This document shows positions 57,907 through 64,000 of a DNA stretch of 64,000 nt, in pieces. Position numbers and translations under genes: made by a program. Source of the stretch: a bacterium (lineage in GTDB: Bacteria; UBA8248; JACPRG01; G963555815); NCBI GenBank assembly GCA_965218795.1, contig OZ244653.1, positions 1,248,001 through 1,312,000 on the forward strand, read 5' to 3'. The notes under the pieces are model-generated. The model saw nothing but the letters and a program-made list of their open reading frames with translations. It made no database searches and was not told the DNA's origin. Position 1 is the stretch's first letter. Every line of letters begins with the position of its first letter.

Positions 57907-60285
57907 TTAGTAGAGGTCAATGGGGTCGACATCAACACTGAATCTCACGCCTGCCGGCGGCCGGAGCTCACTGTTTTCCGTCCGGCAGATCTCCTGGACC
58001 AGCCGGCTCAGCCAACGCGCCGAGGAATCCTTGAGAGCCACCTGCCATCGATAACGGCCCTGCAGCTTGCCGAAAACACCCGGGGCGGGACCAAGAATTT
58101 CCGGGTAGGAAGGCTTGCGGCTTGACCCGTCCAAGTGTCCCGTACGTTTGCCCAGTTCCATCGCCAGTCGGGCTGCGAACCGCTCCGCCGACTCGGCTTC
58201 CTGCGCCTCAATCCGGAATCGAACCATCCTGGCATACGGAGGATATCCCAACTCGCGTCGGAACTGGAGTTCGTCGCGGACGAATCCATCATAGTCCTGA
58301 GCGGCCGCATGCCGGACAGCGTAATGGTCGGGGCGGAATGTCTGAATGATCACATCTCCCGGCGTCCCCCCCCTCCCCGCCCGACCGGCCACCTGAGTGA
58401 GTAGTTGGAAGGTTCGCTCCCCCGCTCGAAAATCGGGCATATTCAGCGTAGCATCCGCCTGAATGACACCGACGAGGGTGATTCCGGGATAGTCATGTCC
58501 CTTGGCCACCATCTGCGTCCCCACCAGGATATCGATTTCGCCTTTGGCAAGGCTGCGCAGGATCCGGCCATGGGCCCCGCGGCTCCGGGTCGTGTCCCGG
58601 TCCATCCGGGCAATCCGGCCCATGGGAAATCTTTCTTTCAGCAAATCCTCCACCCGCTGCGTCCCGATTCCCCGCGTGTCCAGGTTCATCCCCGAACAAT
58701 CGGGGCAAATCTCGGGCGATCGGCTCCGGTGGCCGCAATAGTGACACCGGAGATTCCGATCCGCGAGATGATAGGTCAGCGTTACGCTGCAATGCGGGCA
58801 ATCAGCCGTCCAGCCGCAGTCCCGGCATTGTATGCACGAGGCGAATCCGCGCCGGTTGAGAAAAATCAGGGCCTGTTCTCCCCTATCCAGGCAGGTCTGA
58901 ATCGAGCTCAGCATCGGCCGAGAGAGGATCCACCCGTCCCCGCCCCGTTCGCTTCCCGCACCGTTCTCATCGTGCCGGTCAGCGGGCGAGTCACCCCTGC
59001 TCTCCCGCTGGCGCAGGTCCACCACATTGACGTTCGCCAGGGGCCGCTCCTCTACGCGCTTCGGTAGATGGAGAAGGCCGTATTTTCCGGATTGGGCGTT
59101 ATGAAAACTCTCCAGCGAGGGGGTCGCCGACCCCAGAACCACACATGCCCCGGCTTGGCGGGCCCGTACCAGAGCGACATCTCGGGCGCTGTATCTGGGG
59201 GTCTCCTCCTGTTTGTATGAGGACTCATGCTCTTCGTCCACGACAATGATACCGAGCTTCCTGACAGGAGCGAACACGGCGGACCGGGCGCCGATGACGA
59301 TGGATGCATTCCCATCCGCGGTTCGGCGCCATTCCCGAATCCGATCGGACATCGTTAAACCGCTGTGGAGCTCCGCCACCCTGTGTCCGAACCGCGTGCG
59401 GAAGCGCTGCAGAATCTGAGGCGTCAGGGCGATCTCAGGAACAAGGACAATCGCGTCCCGACCTGATTCCAGAGCGCGGTCGATGGCCCGAAGATAGACC
59501 TCGGTTTTCCCGCTCCCCGTGACGCCCTTCAAGAGAAAGGCCTGAAACTTTTTCTGTTCCAGGCCGACGACGATCGCCTTCAGCGCCTTCTTCTGTTCGC
59601 CGGACAAAGACAAATCCGACATGGAGCCGAAGCGCGACCCCGAGGCGGGGGAAGAGGTCGCAGGGTGAAACGCGCCCACTTCCACGACCCGAATCCAGCC
59701 GCGGGCGGTCAAAGCCTTCAAGGGTCCGGCACGAAGATGAATGGGGATCTCCTCCCACCGGACGCCCTCCACCTCCGGCCCGAAGAGCGTTCGCTCTCCC
59801 GTCGCCATCTGAATCATCTCCAACAACTCTTTCTGCCTGGGCGACCGGGCGAGGACCCGCACGACCTCCCTGCTCGAAGGAACCGCGTCCAGCGTACAGA
59901 CCCGCACCCCGGCGGAACCCCTGGCTCGACGGAGACCGCCTCCGCCGGGCAGCGCCGCCCGGAGAACCTCTCCCCACCCCGCGCAATAGTAACCCGACAT
60001 CCATTGGGTCAATCGAAGAACCTCCCGCGATAGCGTCAATCCGTCATCGAGCACCGAGAGGATCTCCAGAATTCTCTTTTCATCCGTGAAACCTTGGGAA
60101 GCGCCCACAGCGAACCCCGTAATCACCCGACCCCCAAAGGGAACTCGAACCCTCTCGCCGATTTGAGGGCGGCAGGAACCGCGCAAGGACTCGGGGACAC
60201 GGTAGGTAAACGTCTGACTCAAAGGGACCGGTACAGCGACCTCGATGAATTCCGATACGGATTTTGAAGAGGACTGACTCATCAT
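57907..60285 (-). CDS. priA: Primosomal protein N' (PriA helicase)
   Basis: GVTGSGKTEVY, DEEHE, four CxxC pairs, GTQMVAKG, QVAGRAGR. Confidence 0.97.
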   Translation of the reverse strand: MMSQSSSKSVSEFIEVAVPVPLSQTFTYRVPESLRGSCRPQIGERVRVPFGGRVITGFAVGASQGFTDEKRILEILSVLDDGLTLSREVLRLTQWMSGYYCAGWGEVLRAALPGGGGLRRARGSAGVRVCTLDAVPSSREVVRVLARSPRQKELLEMIQMATGERTLFGPEVEGVRWEEIPIHLRAGPLKALTARGWIRVVEVGAFHPATSSPASGSRFGSMSDLSLSGEQKKALKAIVVGLEQKKFQAFLLKGVTGSGKTEVYLRAIDRALESGRDAIVLVPEIALTPQILQRFRTRFGHRVAELHSGLTMSDRIREWRRTADGNASIVIGARSAVFAPVRKLGIIVVDEEHESSYKQEETPRYSARDVALVRARQAGACVVLGSATPSLESFHNAQSGKYGLLHLPKRVEERPLANVNVVDLRQRESRGDSPADRHDENGAGSERGGDGWILSRPMLSSIQTCLDRGEQALIFLNRRGFASCIQCRDCGWTADCPHCSVTLTYHLADRNLRCHYCGHRSRSPEICPDCSGMNLDTRGIGTQRVEDLLKERFPMGRIARMDRDTTRSRGAHGRILRSLAKGEIDILVGTQMVAKGHDYPGITLVGVIQADATLNMPDFRAGERTFQLLTQVAGRAGRGGTPGDVIIQTFRPDHYAVRHAAAQDYDGFVRDELQFRRELGYPPYARMVRFRIEAQEAESAERFAARLAMELGKRTGHLDGSSRKPSYPEILGPAPGVFGKLQGRYRWQVALKDSSARWLSRLVQEICRTENSELRPPAGVRFSVDVDPIDLY

Positions 60286-60548
60286 GGGCAAATCAGGTGG
60301 ACGGCCCCGGACCTATGGACGTTGGTGATCTACGCCCATCGAATGAAGAGATTCCATCGCTACCAATGCAGCGGCTTTCATCTTATCGAGTGAACCAGAA
60401 CCGGACAATCCAGGCGAAATATTCTCTTTGGCGCAGAAATTCATCACCCGATGGCTCGGATTACGCTAAAATCTGAGAATCCTTGGTCACAGAACAAATG
60501 CCCGGATCGCATGTGTCGGCAGAAAACCGAACCTGGATGGAGGAAATG

Positions 60549-61301
60549 ATGACACTCAACGGAAAGACTGCAATCCTTTCGGGCGCCGGCGCCGGCATTG
60601 GTGCGGCAACGGCCCGCCGTTTCTCTCAGGAAGGGGCTAACCTGGCGCTGATCGACCTCGACGAAGAGGCGCTGGCCAACACCGAACGGGATTGCCGGAA
60701 AGGCGAAGGCGGCCTCCTGACAGTTTGTGATGACGCATCCAATCCAGATGCGATGGACGACCTGATTGCTCAAACCACAGCGAGTTTCGGGCGAATCGAT
60801 ATCCTGGTCAATAACGCGGTCTACCGGGTTCACAAACCGTTCCTGGAAATTACGCACGAGGAATTCCAGAGGACGCTTGAGGTCAATGTCACTTCCTACT
60901 ACTTTCTCACGCAAAAAGTGGTCCCTCACATGATCGAAGCGGGCGGGGGCAGCATCATTAATTTATCTTCGACTTTCGGATTCGTCGGGTCGCCCGGACT
61001 GTCGCCCTATTGCATCTCGAAAGGGGCGGTGGTGAATATGACCCGGACGCTCGCCCTCGAATTGGCGGAGAAAAACATCCGCGTCAACGCCGTCGCTCCC
61101 GGCCCCATCGAGACGGAAGGCATGCGCGGTCTCATTGAAAAGGACCCCAAGGTACTTGAAATGCGCCTCGCGGATGTTCCGTTTCACCGTCTGGGAAAAC
61201 CCGAGGAGATAGCCCGGGTCTGTCTGTTCCTGGCTGGCGACGCATCCAGTTATGTCAGCGGCCACAACCTCGTAGCGGATGGCGGCTTCCTGACTCATTG
61301 A
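60549..61301 (+). CDS. Short-chain dehydrogenase/reductase
   Basis: SGAGAGIG, NNA, YCISK (YxxxK), NAVAPG, DGG. Confidence 0.93.
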   Translation: MTLNGKTAILSGAGAGIGAATARRFSQEGANLALIDLDEEALANTERDCRKGEGGLLTVCDDASNPDAMDDLIAQTTASFGRIDILVNNAVYRVHKPFLEITHEEFQRTLEVNVTSYYFLTQKVVPHMIEAGGGSIINLSSTFGFVGSPGLSPYCISKGAVVNMTRTLALELAEKNIRVNAVAPGPIETEGMRGLIEKDPKVLEMRLADVPFHRLGKPEEIARVCLFLAGDASSYVSGHNLVADGGFLTH

Positions 61302-61386
61302 TGATTCTTCGATTCCTGTTGACGAATTTCAAAAGGTCACGATACGCTTTTACCATTCAGAAATCTTCATCGAGCCTGAAATGAAT

Positions 61387-61430
61387 GCGCCATTGCAGCG
61401 GAAGGGAGGCGGTGGCGCGGTTTTTCTTTT
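61387..61430 (+). terminator. Terminator-like hairpin with U-tract
   Basis: GCGCCATTGC...GCGGTGGCGC followed by GGTTTTTCTTTT. Confidence 0.5.
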
Positions 61431-61450
61431 GATTCGGACGGAGAAAAACG

Positions 61451-63037
61451 ATGGCAACTTTTGACGGCGTGATTGTAGGGGCGGGCCACAACAGCCTGAC
61501 GGCGGGGGCCTATCTTTCGAAAGCCGGTCTGCGGATTGCCGTGATCGAGAGAAACCCGGAAATCGGCGGCGGATGCACAACGGAGGAGGTGACGGCTCCC
61601 GGGTTTCGCCATAACCTCCACTCCAACTTCTACATCGGTATCGAGGACGCACCCATCCATCAGGATCTGGAATTACACCGTTATGGGTTCGAGCACATCC
61701 TTCCGGCCGTCCAGAACGCCGCCCTCTTCCGAGACGGAACGTGTGTGCTCATTCACAGAGACCTGGAGAAAACCTGCAAGTCCTTTGCCCGCTTTTCCCA
61801 GAAGGACGCGGAAACCTTCCGTGAATTGTATGATCGGTACGGAGTCCGCATGCGTCGTGTCATCAATTCCCTGCTCTACTCGCTTCCCCTCCCACCGGAT
61901 GAGCTGCGCGAACGCATCGGCGGCGAAGACGGCGCCGAGTTTCTGTCGTACGCGGGACTTTCCATGGGAGAGGCGGTGGATCAACACTTTGAAGACGAAC
62001 GCATCCGGGTTCTCTTCAAGCTCTACCTGCACGCCATCACCGTCGAGGACCTTCCGGGAACCGGAGTCTTCCTTCCCCTGGTGATTTCAAACAGCACGCG
62101 CATCTCTCTTCCCATCGGCGGCTCCCTGAACTTTGCACTGGCTCTGGGGCGTGTCATTGAAGAAGGCGGCGGGAGCCTCATACGCGGGAAAACCGCGCGC
62201 AGGATTATCGTGAAGGACGGAGAAGCCCGCGGCGTGGAAACGGACGACGGAGAGGTGTTCGAAGCCTCACGGTTCGTGGCCAGCGGAATCGATGCGCCGC
62301 AAACAATCCGTCTGGCCGGCGAAGAGAACTTTCCGGCCGATGTCGTAGAGGCCATGAGAAAGTGGAAGTGGGGGTCCCACACACTGGGCACGCTCCACTT
62401 GGCCCTCGACGAGCCTCCACAGTATTCGGCGGGAAAATTCGACCCGGACGTCAATCAGGCCTACAACATCTTCCTGGGTGCGGACACCAGCGAAGACATC
62501 CACAAAAGCATGTCGGAGCTGGAAGAAGGCGCTTTTCCGACGGTCATCAACGGCAACGGCGCCTGCAACACCCTTTTTGATCCCACCTACGCGCCGGACG
62601 GCAAACACGTTGCCTTCTGGTGGCCCTTTGTCCCTTACGAATTCAAAGAAGGCGGAGCAGAGGCCTGGGATGACCGGCGTTCCGAATTCACGGGAAGGAT
62701 CCTGGAGGCCTGGCAGGAGTACGCTCCCAATCTGACCGACGACAATGTCAAGGGGAGTTACCTGTTTACGCCTTTGGACGTCGAGCGCCGCAACATGAAT
62801 ATGGTGCGGGGGAGCGTTCGGGTGGGCGCTTATCATCCCGATCAACTCGGCTACAATCGCCCCCACCCGAAACTGTCGCACTTCCGGACCCCTGTTCAGA
62901 GACTTTTCGTCTGCGGGTCCAGCAACCACGGCGGGGGGGTGAACGGCGGGCCGGGTTACAATGCGGCCAACGTGATTGCGGGAGACTTGGGCATCGACCA
63001 GTGGTGGACCCCCCTGGGTGCGCCGTCCTGGCCGTGA
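61451..63037 (+). CDS. Phytoene desaturase-like NAD(P)/FAD-dependent oxidoreductase
   Basis: VGAGHNSL, GGGCTTEE..PGF.H, TPLD.ER, RTPV..LF.CG, PGYNAA. Confidence 0.88.
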   Translation: MATFDGVIVGAGHNSLTAGAYLSKAGLRIAVIERNPEIGGGCTTEEVTAPGFRHNLHSNFYIGIEDAPIHQDLELHRYGFEHILPAVQNAALFRDGTCVLIHRDLEKTCKSFARFSQKDAETFRELYDRYGVRMRRVINSLLYSLPLPPDELRERIGGEDGAEFLSYAGLSMGEAVDQHFEDERIRVLFKLYLHAITVEDLPGTGVFLPLVISNSTRISLPIGGSLNFALALGRVIEEGGGSLIRGKTARRIIVKDGEARGVETDDGEVFEASRFVASGIDAPQTIRLAGEENFPADVVEAMRKWKWGSHTLGTLHLALDEPPQYSAGKFDPDVNQAYNIFLGADTSEDIHKSMSELEEGAFPTVINGNGACNTLFDPTYAPDGKHVAFWWPFVPYEFKEGGAEAWDDRRSEFTGRILEAWQEYAPNLTDDNVKGSYLFTPLDVERRNMNMVRGSVRVGAYHPDQLGYNRPHPKLSHFRTPVQRLFVCGSSNHGGGVNGGPGYNAANVIAGDLGIDQWWTPLGAPSWP

Positions 63038-63142
63038 TCCGCGAAATCCTGCCCAATTTGCAATCCAGCCGGGAATGAAGGACCGGCCGATGGCTTTACG
63101 CCATCCGCGAGAGCCCGGCCGGCCCGAGGAGAGACGACGAGC

Positions 63143-64000
63143 ATGACCGCAGGTGAAATCATTTGGCAACCCTCCGAAGATTTCCTTCAGAACAGCAACG
63201 TCAGCCGTCTGATGCGCCGGGTCGGAATCGATGATCCAAAAGAGTTGATACGCCGGTCGACTTCGGACACCGAATGGTTCTGGGAAACCATCATGGATGA
63301 CATGGAGATTGAATGGCACCGGAAATACGACCGCGTCATGGATATGTCCGAAGGGTTACCATGGACGAAGTGGTTCATCGGCGGCGAGCTCAACATCGTC
63401 CAAAATTGTCTGGACCGGCATGCGTCGGGTGATCGAAGAGACCGGACGGCCTTCATCTGGGAGGGGGATGACGGGGACGTTCGAAGTTTCACGTATGGGG
63501 AGGTTTCGTTCGAAGTCTCCCGGTTGGCCAACGCCATGAACGCGCAGGGGCTGGGCCCGGGGGATTCGGCGGGGATTTATATGCCGATGGTCCCGGAGAC
63601 CGTTTTTGCCATGTTCGCCTGTTTCAAGATCGGGGTTGCGGCCATTCCAATTTTTTCCGCCTTCGGTTCAGGCGCCCTGGCCGCAAGGCTTCGAGACGCC
63701 GGCACCCGCCTGCTGTTCACGGCCGATTATGGGATTCGGCGCGGGAAGATCGCCCCTATCAAGCCCCGGGCGGAGGAAGCGGTGGATGAAGTCGACTCGG
63801 TAAAACGGGTCGTCATCTTGAGCCGGGAGGGCAAGCCGGTCAGTCTACGAGACGACAGGGAGGTCTCTTGGGAGCACTTCGTATCCGGACAGTCGGTGGA
63901 ATGCCAGACGATTCCCCTCCCGGCGGAATCGACCTCCCTCATCCTTCATACTTCCGGCACCACCGGAAAACCCAAAGGGACCGTTCATACGCACGCCGGA
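63143..64000 (+). CDS. Acyl-CoA synthetase/acetate--CoA ligase family (runs off the window end)
   Basis: MTAGEIIWQPS.., WF.GGELN..NCLDRH, IYMPMVPE, IFSAFG, HTSGTTGKPKG AMP-binding motif. Confidence 0.9.
   Translation, partial: MTAGEIIWQPSEDFLQNSNVSRLMRRVGIDDPKELIRRSTSDTEWFWETIMDDMEIEWHRKYDRVMDMSEGLPWTKWFIGGELNIVQNCLDRHASGDRRDRTAFIWEGDDGDVRSFTYGEVSFEVSRLANAMNAQGLGPGDSAGIYMPMVPETVFAMFACFKIGVAAIPIFSAFGSGALAARLRDAGTRLLFTADYGIRRGKIAPIKPRAEEAVDEVDSVKRVVILSREGKPVSLRDDREVSWEHFVSGQSVECQTIPLPAESTSLILHTSGTTGKPKGTVHTHAG

Noticed and set aside
1-64000. tRNA (including tRNA-Sec), SRP RNA, rRNA or CRISPR array
   Set aside because: No cloverleaf, conserved RNA motif or spaced direct repeats recognised by eye; a covariance-model scan would be needed to exclude them fully.

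Overview
GC-rich, gene-dense bacterial chromosomal segment; the gene content suggests a Nitrospinota/Tectomicrobia/Deltaproteobacteria-like diderm (inference only). Housekeeping blocks: priA-def-fmt-rsmB-PASTA-rpe; ffh-rpsP-khpA-rimM-trmD-rplS-rnhB-yraN; tolC-ruvX-mltG; DUF502-RomR/PopZ-like-valS; birA-coaX; ribF, hflX, pepA, ubiX and a 2-oxoacid dehydrogenase E1a/E1b/E2 operon. Accessory content: a catabolic cluster (LLM oxidoreductase, hydantoinase/oxoprolinase A/B, Liv-type ABC transporter), an intact IS630, a ComD/ComE-like ThDP decarboxylase pair and a lower-GC restriction-modification islet. The most notable signal is missed by the ORF track: two genes near the IS630 appear to be read through in-frame UGA as selenocysteine. 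One is a 75-aa Uxx-star glutaredoxin-like protein with two Sec codons (15832-16059, -). The other is a 169-aa AhpC/TSA redoxin with a UPYC motif (18984-19493, +). Each Sec UGA is followed by a SECIS-like hairpin. Also seen: a switch-like 5' leader, candidate non-AUG starts, single-base frameshifts and several gene remnants. No rRNA, tRNA or CRISPR array was recognised. All family calls come from motif recognition by eye, not database searches.
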